Source of the DNA: Heterodontus francisci
Taxonomy: Eukaryota
Length of the DNA: 64,000 nt
Direction: 5' to 3'
Assembly: GCF_036365525.1 (NCBI RefSeq)
Contig: NC_090398.1
Span: 19,708,936-19,772,935, forward strand
The position numbers and the translations under genes are program-made. Below are positions 49,505 through 60,699 of the stretch, in pieces (positions within the stretch are counted from its first letter, which is position 1; every line of letters begins with the position of its first letter). A model generated the notes under the pieces. That model was not told the DNA's origin. It searched no databases and worked only from the letters and a program-made list of their open reading frames with translations.

Positions 49505-50070
49505 GGAGACGGTGGTGTAGCGGTAATGTCACTCAGCCTGTGCTTTAGTGGCCCAGGCTAATGCTGTGGGGAGATGGGTTCAACTTCAACTATGGCAGCT
49601 GGTGGAACCAAAATTGAATTAATTAATAAAAGCTTCAACGATGAAATTGTCATCAGTTGTTGTAAAACCCCATCTGGGTCACTGATTCCCCTTAGGGAAG
49701 GAAATCTGCTTTCCTTACCTGGTGTGTGCTACATGTGACTCCAGGCCTACAGCAATGTGGCTGACTCTTAACTCCCCTCTGATATGGCCAAACAAACCAC
49801 TCCCTTGTTAAAAGCAAAATACTGCGGATGCTGGAAATCTGAAATAAAAACAAGAAATGCTGGAATCACTCAGCAGGTCTGACAGCATCTGTGGAAGGAG
49901 TTCCGAAGAAGGGTCACTGACCCGAAACATTAACTCTGCTTCTCTTTCCACAGATGCTGCCAGACCTGCTGAGTGATTCCAGCATTTCTTGTTTTTACTC
50001 CCTTGTTAAGGATGGGAAGAAAATGCTGTCCTTGCCAGTGATGTCCACATCCCATGAAAGATTAAAAAAC
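49505..50070 (+). mobile_element. Deu-domain SINE (SacSINE1-like) interrupted by a Penelope-derived insertion
   Basis: Head ggtggtgtagcggtaatgtcact, Deu-like core (catctgggtcactgattccccttagggaaggaaatctgc...ccttacctgg...tacatgtgactccag) and LINE-like tail (gatggg...aatgctg..cttgccagtgatg.ccacatcccatgaa). Confidence 0.75.
49812..49996. mobile_element. Short fold-back Penelope-derived element with hammerhead-like core and 13-bp TSD
   Basis: TSD ACTCCCTTGTTAA at 49799-49811 and 49997-50009; internal ~50-bp inverted repeat; CCGAAGA-stem-GAAAC at 49903-49928. Confidence 0.8.
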
Positions 50071-50579
50071 AAAACAGAGATACAGAGTTGTATTGATACA
50101 GAGTCAAGCAAACAGGAATACACAGTCTGAGATACTCGAATAGAGAGTCAAACTCACTTAAATACAGAGGCAAATGCACTGATAGATTGGGTCAGGCTCG
50201 TGAGTATACAGAAACAGGTGCAGGGAGCAAATTTTAGTGATAAATGCATTAAAAACGTATCTTGCTAATAGAAACAAAAACAGATATGTATGTTTGTGAA
50301 GAAGCTTTAAATGAGAAGACCAATTTATTGACTTACTCTTTCGTCACAATATTGAAAACTGATTTACTGATACATCTGGCATTATTTTTGCTTACATAAG
50401 TAGTTAATCTCTGTCCATGCACCGAACGAAACAATGCAGAGTATTCTGGATAGAGGTCCATCTTTCAGCAGAAACCTTGATTTCTCTCCCCCTCCCCCAC
50501 CCCTCTCACTGCACTGTGTGTGTATGTAGCTCGTTCTCTCTCCTCTCCCACACCCTCCCCACTCCCATCTCCTCTAGCT

Positions 50580-50870
50580 CTAAGGGTCACAGATTGAAAG
50601 CTTTGTGAAAAAGATGCAGGGGGAATATGAGGAATCACTTTTTTACACAGCGGGTGGTAATGACCTGGAACCTGCTGCCCACAAGGGTGGTGGAAGTGGA
50701 GACAATCATTGATATCAAGAGTAGGTTGGATGGCTACCTGAGTCAGATTGACTTGCAGGGCTACGGAGATCGAGCCAGGGAGTGGGACTGACAGCAGAGC
50801 TCTGTGGAGAGCTGGCATGGACTCTTTGGACAGAAGGAGGCCTCCTTCTGTGCCGATGTAAATGACTTTT
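50580..50870 (+). mobile_element. CR1 LINE 3' end
   Basis: ttttttacacagcgggtggtaatgacctggaac... followed by a CR1 3' terminal motif. Confidence 0.7.
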
Positions 50871-52065
50871 TGACTCTCTCTCCCCTCCTCCTCTCTCTCT
50901 CCCGCTCCCCCTTTCTCTGTCTCCTTCTCCCTATCTCTTTGGCCCTCTCCACCCTCCCTCTTTCTGTATCTTTGCCAACTCTCTCTCTCTCTTCATCCCC
51001 GTGTCTCCATTGCTCCCTGCTGCCCGGTCAGTGTTCCCCACTCCGCATTTCTGACTCCCCACTTCGTGTTGCTTGCTCAGTGTTCCCCGCTCACCACTCA
51101 GTGTTCCCCACTCCCTCTGCCCCTCGGTTCCCCTGTATCGCTGTTGCCCCTTTCACTCTCTCCCTCACCCTTCTCTCCCCTTTATGCTGTCTCTCCCTGT
51201 CCCCCTTTTTTCTCACTCTCTCTCTGTCCCCTCTCTGTCTCTCCGCCCTCTCTCTGTCCCTCATCTTTCTCTCTCTGCCCTCCTCTCTCTCTCTCTGTCC
51301 CTCCTATTTCTCTCTCTGCCCCTCCTGTTTCCCTCTCTGACCCTCCTATTTCTCTCTCTGCCCCTCCTCTTTCTCTCTCTGCCCCTCCTCTTTCTCTCTC
51401 TGACCCATCTATTTCTCTCTCTGCCCCTCCTCTTTCTCTCTCTGACCCTCCTATTTCTCTTTCTGCCCCTCCTCTTTCCCTCTCTGCGCCTCCTCTTTCT
51501 CTCTCTACCCCTCCTAATTGCTCTCTGCCCCTCCTCTTTCTCTCTCTGACCCTCCTATTTCTCTCTCTGCCCCTCCTCTCTCTCTCTGCCCCTCCTCTTT
51601 CCCTCTCTGCGCCTCCTCTTTCTCTCTCTGCCGCTCCTCTTTCCCTCTCTGCGCCTCCTCTTTCTCTCTCTGCCGATCCTCTTTCTCTCTCTGCCCCTCC
51701 TCTTTCTCTCTCTGACCCTCCTATTTCTCTCTCTGCCCCTCCTCTCTCTCTCTGCCCCTCCTCTTTCCCTCTCTGCGCCTCCTCATTCTCTCTCTGCCGC
51801 TCCTCTTTCTCTCTCTGCCACTCCTACTTCTCTCTCTGCCCCCCTATCTTTCTCTCTCTGACCCTCCTATTTCTCTGTCTGCCCCTCTGCTTTTTCTCTT
51901 TGACCTTCCCCTTTCTCTCTCTGACCCCCTCTTTCTTCTGATCTCTCTCTCTCTGCCCTCCTCTCTCTCTTCCTCTCTTTCTCTCTGTCCTCCCTTTTCC
52001 CCTATCTCTGTTCCCTCGCTCTTCTTCTCTCCGTTCACCCTCTCTGTCTCTCTCCTCCCTCTCAC
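50870..52065. repeat. Polypyrimidine/(CT)n tract with 21-bp tandem unit CTCTCTCTGCCCCTCCTCTTT
   Basis: Visible in sequence; the long ORFs here are low-complexity artefacts. Confidence 0.95.
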
Positions 52066-52109
52066 TTGCAGAGTGTGGAATGCTGAGTGGGTGGCTTTAA
52101 AAACATCAC

Positions 52110-52265
52110 GCTGTCAGTTTCACAGGTGTCAGCTGCTGATATTAGGAACAGTCGTTTCCCAACAGACTCGGGAATTTTCCAGCAGTTTCTGACTTCGGAA
52201 AACCCGAAGCTGTTGGGAAACGGCTGTTCCCAATATCAGCAGATGACACCTGTGAAACTGATAGC
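52110..52265. repeat. Long inverted repeat / hairpin (~65-70 bp arms)
   Basis: cagtttcacaggtgtcagctgctgatattaggaacagtcgtttcccaacag pairs with ctgttgggaaacggctgttcccaatatcagcagatgacacctgtgaaactg. Confidence 0.9.
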
Positions 52266-52414
52266 TCTGTAAGAAGAAGACAACGGGAAATGTTTCATCT
52301 CCAGTCATAGTGAGGACGAGGACCAGGCCGAGGAACAGTTTACAGCCGTGGGCTGTATGGAAACCTTCGCCAGGTCAAATTCTAGCCCGCGGGTCATATG
52401 TGGATAACCGTGGA

Positions 52415-53765
52415 ACAGAGGGTCAGATATTCAGGAATGTAGAATCCAAGCCAGAGGGATAAAGAGTCAGACATACTGAGATACTGTGCGATTGACACAT
52501 GAATGCAGTTAGACACACCACTTTACAGAGTCAGATAGAGTGGGATGCCGAGTCACATAGACAGTGATACAGTGTCAAACATACTAATATAAAGAGTCAG
52601 ATATGAAGGGGATAGAGTCAGACACACTGGAATGCAGAATCAATCATAGATTCAGTCAGAGGTGCAGAGTCAGAAACACCAGTCCACAGAGTCAGAAATT
52701 CAGAGAAATAGAGACAGACAAACAAGAATACAATTGGACTCACAGTGTATAAAATCATACACAGAGTTACAGAGTCATAACTACAGAGATACAGAGTCAT
52801 ACACACAGGGATGCAGTGTCAGAGGCACTCAGATACAGAATGAGGCACACTGGAACATAGAGGCAGATCCACCTGTACATGTATTCAGCCACAAAGGGAT
52901 ACAGTGTCAGACAGACTGGGCAGCAGACTCAGATAAACGCAGGTCTAGTGTCAGATATACTGAGATACCGTGTTATTGACACGTGGATGCACATTCAGAT
53001 ATACCACGATGCAGAGTCAGATAAACTAGAATAGCAAGTCACGTGGACTGGTATGCAGTGTCAGAATCACAAACATAAGGACCGAGACACCAAGAGATAG
53101 TGTCAGATGCACTAAGACAGAGTCAGACACATAGAGGTACAGTCAGATGCACAGCATACAGAGTCAAAAACTCATCAATATGGAGTCTGGAATCTAGAGG
53201 CAGACAAATAGAGGTGTGGAGGCAGACACACCATGATACATAGTCAAATACAGAGATTTTCAGAGTCAGTCACACAAAGATACAGAAACTGGCAAAAGTT
53301 TGGAAGAGACAAACAGAGATACAGAGTCATATACACGTGTACATAGTTATACACGTGGGTATATAGTCGGACATACAGGGTTAGAAACGTACGTAAAGGG
53401 TCAGAAAAATGGGACACAGGGTCAGACACAGGGATACAGATTCAGGCACACACGGGTACATAGTCAGATGCACTGGGATACAGAGTCAGAGGACTTGGAT
53501 ACAGAGTCAGGAATACAGAAGGTAATATATTGATGCACTTAGTCAGACGTACAGTTACCCAGAATCAGACACACGGGTATGCAGAGATAGATACACACAC
53601 AGACAGAGTCAGACAGTCAGGCACATAGAGAGACCCACAAGAACACAATCAGATACATGGTGCATGGAGTTGAACACACAAGATGCCAGGTCATACACAG
53701 AGGGGTCCAGAGTCATACATACAGATACGGTCTCACACATAGAGACACAGGCTCAGACACATAAT
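52415..53765. repeat. Degenerate GA/CA-rich satellite, same family as 48235-49500
   Basis: Visible motif; longer blocks recur at ~48500-48720, ~52460-52690 and ~52950-53160. Confidence 0.85.
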
Positions 53766-53769
53766 ACCT

Positions 53770-54530
53770 GAATGGTCAAGGGCGTATTGGATGACATCCT
53801 CAGCGGTCACCTCTTCATCCCAAATTTCCGTATCAAAATTAGCTTTAATATTTTTTGACAATTCACGAAAGAGCATTTTCTTAAGGTCTCCCTCTTCTAA
53901 TTCGGGGTGAATTCTTTGAAATGTTGTTCACAGCTGTTTCACAGCGATTGGGCTGTCTCCGTCCTAAATGGACACCAATTCTCGAGCCAAGCACTCTGCA
54001 TCAGAATGAGTCAGAGGTCCTGACTCCATTATGGTGTTTCCTCCCAGTGAGCCCGGGCCTTGCCTTTTCACAACCATTGTCAATACAACATCCTGTGACG
54101 CCTGAAAGTTAGTTGTTCCTCTTTCCTCAATCTGATACCACTCCCTTCCCCAATCTTCCCTGAAGTTCCAAATCTTATTTTTTAAACATTCATTCTCCTC
54201 CTCCTGTTGTTTCAATTGACTTTTATTTTACTGAGGTCAATCACGGCAGTGTCAGCGTTCAGGTTGCGTTCAGATTTGCCGCTGCTGTAACAGAGCAATC
54301 GTACACTTGTAACACAGTGGAACATCTCAAACCCGCTGGTTCAGTCGCTCAACCTCTTTATCTTTCTGAGTAGCGGTCTCCTGCATCCACTGAGTGCTGT
54401 AAGCCAGAAGGTTTGTTGCCTTCTTTATCTTTAACTTCTTCTGGCCTATCTTATCTTGAATGAACTCTATAACTTACTTGCATTTATGCTCGAAGATCCA
54501 TTGAATATCTTTAGATAGCAGGACTTTATT
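53770..54530 (-). mobile_element. Possible degenerate gag-like coding fragment of an LTR element
   Basis: One minus-strand frame reads through sparse stops: coiled-coil-like KQQEEENECLK, then GPLTHSDAECLARELV*DGDSPIAVKQL*..HPELEEGDLKKMLFRELSKNIK. The family assignment is inference only. Confidence 0.3.
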
Positions 54531-54534
54531 TATA

Positions 54535-55160
54535 TAAAAATGAAATACTGCAGATGCTGGAAATCTGAAATAAAAACAGAAAGTGCTAGAAATACACAGC
54601 AGTTATGTATTTTAACATCTGTGGAGAGAGAAGCAGAGATAACGTTTCTGGTCTGTGACCTTTCATCAGAACTGGCAAAGGTTAGAAAAGAATTAGGTTT
54701 TAAGCAAGTGAGGTAGGGGGCGGGAGCTGGTGGGAAAGAGAGCAATGGGGACGATGTGTGATAAGGCAGAGGGGAGGAGAGATTAAATAAGAAAGCTGTC
54801 ATGGAACAAAGGCAAAGAGCGAGTTAATGATTGTGTTGAAATCCAAAGCTTTAGTCCAGTGACAGTGTTAACAACAGAATAATGAACAACTCTGTCCACG
54901 TGAAATACAGGCACATGGTTAAAAAATAAAATGAAATATATACAAAAAAGGCCTGCCGTACTCTGAAATTATTGAACACAATGCTCAGTCCACAAGGCTG
55001 TAGAGTGCCTAATCGAAAGATCAGGTGCTGCTCTTCGAGTTTGTGCTGATGTTCACTGGAACACTGGAGCAGTCCAAGGACAGAAATGTTGGCATGAGAG
55101 CAGGGTGTGTATGTTGAAATGACAAACAACCGGAAGCTTGGGCTCATGCTTGGCATTTCA
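54535..55160 (-). mobile_element. Penelope-like element 3' end (GIY-YIG C-terminus plus pLTR with hammerhead ribozyme motif)
   Basis: ISVLGLLQCSSEHQHKLEEQHLIFRLGTLQPCGLSIVFNNFR peptide; pLTR similar to 49812-49996. Confidence 0.85.
54636..54675 (-). ncRNA. Minimal hammerhead ribozyme motif (Penelope-type)
   Basis: Minus strand reads AGTT-CTGATGA-AA-GGTC-ACA-GACC-A-GAAAC-GTTA-TCT: intact CUGAUGA and GAAA cores, helix II, and palindromic AACGTT helix III. Confidence 0.7.
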
Positions 55161-55520
55161 ACATCTTTGTTCGCAACATACGTGGAAAGTGTTAGAAATC
55201 AACAGTTCAGAGAAGGGTAGATTTAGGGATGAGTTGATCACCTCTTACAAGATGATGAAGGAAATATATTGTGTTCCAGTTGAGTTTGTCCCAAATAAAT
55301 AGGTTCAAGCGGACGCTGGGTCAGAATTTGAAATTGTACAAGGCAAGGTCTAGGTTTGATGTCAGGAGATGGTTCATCTCACAGAGAATATTGGACCTTT
55401 GCACCAGGCTGCTTTCTCATGCGGTGGATAGCGATTCACTGAATTCTCTCAAGTGAGAGTTGGACCTGCTTTTGGATGAGGCAGGTATCACCTCTTACAA
55501 AAGGATAGGGAGCCACAAGT
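55160..55520 (+). mobile_element. Degenerate CR1 LINE 3' fragment
   Basis: RSRFDVRRWFISQRILDL...DSDSLNSLK peptide. Confidence 0.6.
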
Positions 55521-56299
55521 GAACAGGGGATAACATGTGGAAGGTGGGGGTCTGCAAGTAATATTTTAATCCTGTCCCATTTCAAAGTTTATTTGTTGAA
55601 ATCATTTTTTGTCTTTGCCCTTCACAAAGATGGCGGTCTCTGAGGGATGACGATGCCTGCCATGGCCGCCATTGTTGACGAGGAGGATTTGGGAGGGCAC
55701 AGGAGTGAACCAAATGTATCCATCTATTCAATAGCACCATCGGGAGCTTGTGGCCATCAAGCAACAGCCATCAGATTGCTTTGTTTGATTAAAATAGATA
55801 TTAAACAAAATGTTACCTTTCCTACAGGCAATTTCTTCCTTAGCTTCCCTCATTCAAGTGCCCAATCATACTCTGTGAAAGCAGACAGGGAGTTTTGACA
55901 GACTGTGCGGCCAAGGAAGGCTGCAGAACTAGGCCAGGTCCTGGAACTCCCTCAATAACCAACAACTGTGGGGGCTCCTTCGCCAGAAGGAACAGCAGCT
56001 GGTTTAAGAGAGAACACCATCTCCTCAAGGAGCAAGTAATGATGGTCAATTATTGCCGGCATTGCAAGGAATGCCCACATCCCGCGAATCAAACAATACA
56101 GTGAAAGAAATGCTTCCACAGACGAATATTATTTATTTAATGTTTTTCACAGACCCTGATGAGTGGAGAATTATTCTGCAGTATGTAATCAAGGTCTGTG
56201 AGTCTGTACATATGGTTATGGAATGGGTTCATGTGCAGTCTAAATCTCACAGTGCCACTCAGTGTTTGCTGGTGGGTGAATATTGCCCGTCACCTCCTT

Positions 56300-56900
56300 T
56301 GCCTCAGCTCATCTGCTGCTGAAATCCTCATCTCTGCCTTTGTTATCTCCAAACTTGCCAAATCCAACGTTCTCCTGATTGCCACCCCCCACCCCTCATT
56401 TTCCACCTTTCTACTTCCCCCATGTCCTACCTCACAGCAGGTCATGTTCACCCATCTCCCCGCCTTCACGAACCGACATTCCCTCCTGGTCCAACAACAT
56501 CTCAATTTTAAAATATTCATCCTTGTTTTCAAATCCCTCTGAGGCCTCGCCCACCTTACCCCCACCCCCATGTTTTTAACCTCGTCAAGCCCGACAACAT
56601 CCTCCAGTCGTACATTAGTCCCTATTTGTGTGACCTCCCCCAGACCCTGCATTTCGCCCTATCTCTGAAACCTCCTCCAACCCAGCCACCAACGAGCACT
56701 TTTTCTGTAACTTCCTCCAGCCCCTACCACCTTGCCTATCTTTTTAACCTTCCCCATTCATATCTCTGTAACCTTCTCCAGCCCATACAATCCTCCATAT
56801 CTCAGTAACCTCTTCCAGCCCCACAATCCTCCTTATCTCTGACCACTTCCAGCCCCTTCAACCCTCCTAGATCTCTGCACTCCTCTATTTCTTGCACCTT
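56300..56900 (+). mobile_element. L2-type LINE fragment with C-rich low-complexity insert
   Basis: gctgaaatcctcatctctgcctttgttatctcc...caacatctcaattttaaaatattcatccttgttttcaaatccctc is L2-like. Confidence 0.6.
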
Positions 56901-57601
56901 GTGAATCCCCCAAGCACCCCCACACACACCACTGTTTGACTTGAGGAAAGAGATAGACTGTGATGGCATTGTCTAGCTTGGAGGAATGGAAGGGAGTCAA
57001 TAAAGAGTCCCCTAAATTAAAGCCATTAATAATAATCAACTGACACGAGAGCATTTCCAGCAGCTGCAGCATTTTACTTTTGTAAGAAAAGATTTTGTTT
57101 CCTAAGCAGATGTGAGGAACTGAGAATGGAATCATGCAGGTGAAGGAGAGTCTGTGTCTATTGTTGGCCCTGCTGCACTGTAGAGGGCGCGCTGACTCAC
57201 TTCCGACCCCTTTCTGCCCGCTCCTCCAATGGACACCTCTTGCCGACTGCCCCACTGCTCTTTGGCATGTGTGACCTCCCTGCCCATTCTGCACCCCACC
57301 CCCCTCCCCCACCCGCAAGTGTATTCCATCCTGTTGTCAGTCACGTGTTGTCTGCAGCCCTGCTCCCCTTTGCCCTTTCTGAGGTCCCCCCTCACCCACC
57401 CCCGCCAGTATATTTTGAGCTGTGGGTCACCTCTTTTCCTCTTCACTGCTGCTCTTTTGCGTGTGTGACGCACCCGGGCAATGTATTTAGGATCATCCAG
57501 CTGTCAGTCACCACTTGCCCATTGAGGATAAATGTTATATTCATGGACTGGAAACACTGGGATCTGTTTCTGGGTTGCTCTCAGTTATATTGTTTATTCA
57601 T

Positions 57602-58488
57602 TCATTGAATAATTGATGTCAGTGGATATTTCACCGTGTTCTTGACCTGCTCCCTGAACTTGGACTGAGTCATCCCATAAATGAATGCGTTTGTGCAGCA
57701 ACTTAAATTCATCAGCATCCAGCAGACTTGTTGAAATATATATTCAGAATCGTTGTAACTCCCGGGAGCTGGTCCGATTATGGTATAATAAAATAAATCT
57801 ATAACATACACCAACCACAGAAGTATAAAGCTGCTGGAAATGGTGAAGAGTAAAATCACAGACTTCCTTCTGCTCTCCATCTCTGGGTCACTGTGTTTCT
57901 CTCCCTTGCTCTGAACCCTCAGCCCCTTACGGATACGACTGACTAAAATGTGTCTGACTGTCAGAGCGTTCAGCAACAGAATTAAAGCGAATGGTAGCAA
58001 AGGGGTTAAAACTGTAGTAAACCAGTCAAATCCCACCCATCCGGGCTCAGTAAAAAGGCTAGACTTTGCAGTACAGCCCCATGGTACACTGTCAATTATG
58101 TCTCCAGGTTCATATGTAAAGTAGAATGGGACATTTTTTAAACAGAACAGAATGCAGTATGTTGATCGAATCACTGCCGCAGTTTTCTTGGTGCAATATT
58201 TTGTTTTCAGCTTCTGGCAACAAATGGCCACATGTCGATCAAAGGTGAAAGTAACAGTGAACCAGACAGAACAGTCAATGGCTGCACGGAGCAGGACAAT
58301 GATAACAGTACACACAGGGGTGATGCCCAGGAAAGATCCCGGGAAATAATAAAAACTGATCCTGTACAATATGACCTGAGTGATAATGATCAGTAGATCC
58401 GCCGTTGCCATGGCCACCAGGTAGAGAGTGGGACAGGTGGAGAGTCCACACTTTCCCCGGGACAGGATCACAATCGCCAGTAGATTCA
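57602..58488 (-). CDS. GPR139/GPR142-like class A GPCR copy 4, exon 2 (exon 1 not found in window; possibly a young pseudogene)
   Basis: Acceptor tctctctgacag| in the same phase as copies 2 and 3. NLLAIVILSRGKCGLS, AMATADLL, TFDRHVAICC, WGC, SDPEMESRRKSVILLF, FILLW, SCCTNAFIY, KFREQVK. Confidence 0.85.
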
Positions 58489-58554
58489 CTGTCAGAGAGA
58501 GAAGGGAGAAAAGACTGGAAATTACTGATCAAATATTCTCCGTGTCAGACCCAA

Positions 58555-59586
58555 AGCAGGACTTTAGCACCAAAAACAGGTGGGTTGGAGGCGGTTCAGA
58601 GGTTGAAATTTAAAAATCTCAAGCTCAACTCCAATCCACTTCCCACCTGCCCACAACTGGGATTAACGGAGTTGGGAGAGGGCATGGGCAGACAACCACT
58701 ACCAGAATGCTTATTGGCAGTTTCACCACTTCAATGAGGCTGGAGGTATCTGATTTAAACTGTTTTCCAGGTTTTACTATGACTGGCCATGTTTCCCTGT
58801 TATACCCCATTCCACACAAAGGTAATGGCATTCGGAACCATTCCGCACCCGGGTCCGACACTCCCCCGGGAGCAACACATCAGATCCCACTACCCACTAC
58901 CAGGATTGGACCACCCCAGGATTGGACCCTCCTACATCAGATGCCCCCAAAGGATTGGATCACCTTATGGCATTTAAACACCCCCGGGATCAGATCACCA
59001 CCCCCCCAAAATCGGTCACCCAAAGGATCAAGACTATACATCGAGTCTTGGATCAGACAGTCCCACCACCCCCTCCACCTCCCCGGACTCAGACCACACT
59101 CCAGGATTGGAGAACCCTACCCAAGGTTGCGGATCAGACACTCGCTCTACCTCTCCCCTTTCCCTTCACCATGTCAGACTCAGGTCACACTCCAGGATAT
59201 GAGACCCACTCCCCGTGGTTGAGAATTAAACACTCCCCATTACCCTTCCTGTCTCCAGGCTCAGATCACTCTCCAGGATAGGCTAACCCTCCCGACCTTG
59301 ACAGCTCAACGATTGGAGATATCTCCACTCTCTTCCCATTGCAGTTAGTGATTGGACACCAGCCACACCCTCCCCAATATTAGGCAGATTCCCCCATGCC
59401 CCGGGGTGAGTATTTGGACGGCCCTGGTCCTGGGGCCTGTTCCACTGTCCTCCCTACCCGGCTGGAAGCCAAGCCTGTCACTCAGGCTCACTTCAGGTGG
59501 GGAACTGTCAAGGGTAAAAGAGGCAGTCTGTGGAGTTCAAACTCTGTTCCCCAACGATGTCACTCACCCCTGTTAATATCTAGGCC
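58555..59586. mobile_element. Possible non-autonomous DNA-transposon-like insertion with C-rich internal repeats
   Basis: Weakly inverted ends (gcaggactttagc... / ...ctgttaatatctaggcc) and repeated ggatcaga/ccaccc motifs. Confidence 0.3.
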
Positions 59587-59599
59587 TAAGCATCGGAGA

Positions 59600-60640
59600 A
59601 AAAAATATATAAATACTGAAAATCTGATAAAATAGGAGAATGTTGGAAACACTCAGCATGTCAGGCAGATTCTGTGGAGAGAGAGAAACAGAGTCAACGT
59701 TTCAGGCAGATGGTCTTTTATCAGCATTGAAAGATGTAAGAGATTAACAGTTTTAAAGTTATCACAGAGCCAGGGAAAAGTGAGATAAAGGGGAGGGAAA
59801 AAAGGGACAGGTCTGTGATTGGGTGGAGGGCAGGAGTGATTTAATGACAAAAGGGATGATGGTGCAAAGCATATGGGAAATTTAAAAACAGGATGGATCC
59901 AGAGGAGGTGTAAATGGTTCCATCAGAAAAACAGGGCGGGAGGGGAGCGGAAAATCTGGCAAAGTGGAGAAGGCTCCAGTGTTCCTGAAAAGTGACAGAC
60001 AATGTTGCATAGACCAGCCTGGCAGCTGTGTACCAATAGGGGATTCTCACCCCAAGCACCAGCCCACAATCCTTCCACTCCCAGTGGCTCTGGTTCAGGC
60101 ATCTTCCATTACCAGCACCAGCCGTCCAAGAAGGTGAGAGCAATAGTTATAATATGAAGCTTTTAATCTCAGTATTGTGTTCGACAGGCTATAAAATGTG
60201 TAATCGAAAGATCCACTGCTGTTCCACATTGTGTTTCAGTGGAAGAGTGTACGAGGTCGAGGGTAGAGCGGGAGATAGAATTAAAGTGAAAAGTCAACGG
60301 AACCTCAGGGTTATGCTTGCAGACTGAACAGAAGAGTCAAGCAAAGCAATCACTAATTCTATGTTTCCTCCTCTCCCAATGCCCAGGAGATACCATCGTG
60401 ACCAGTGAATGCTGCTGCTAAATTGTAAGAAGTAGAAGCAAGTCCCTTTATCACCGAGAAGAATTGTTTGGGGCTTTGGTCAGTGGGAATGGAGGAGGTG
60501 AAAGGTCAGGTGTTACATCTCCTGCGCTTGAATGGAAAGCTGCTCTACAAAAGGGAGCGGATGTTCTGGATGATTGAGGGGTAGACCAGCATTTCACAAA
60601 GAGCTTGGGGACCGGAGGGAAGCAGTATATATGTTTGGTG
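59600..60640 (-). mobile_element. Degenerate Penelope-like element 3' part with pLTR and decayed hammerhead
   Basis: Similar to 54535-55160; minus strand CTGATAA...GAAACGTTGACTC at ~59691-59724. Confidence 0.7.
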
Positions 60641-60699
60641 ATTAACTTAGCTGGTCGTGGCATAAATGTTGTCGGACATTGCATAGCATATGAAAGCTA

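Noticed and set aside
50804-51941. Long ORFs (178-291 aa) rich in L/S/P
   Set aside because: Translation of a CT-rich tandem repeat that lacks stop codons by composition.
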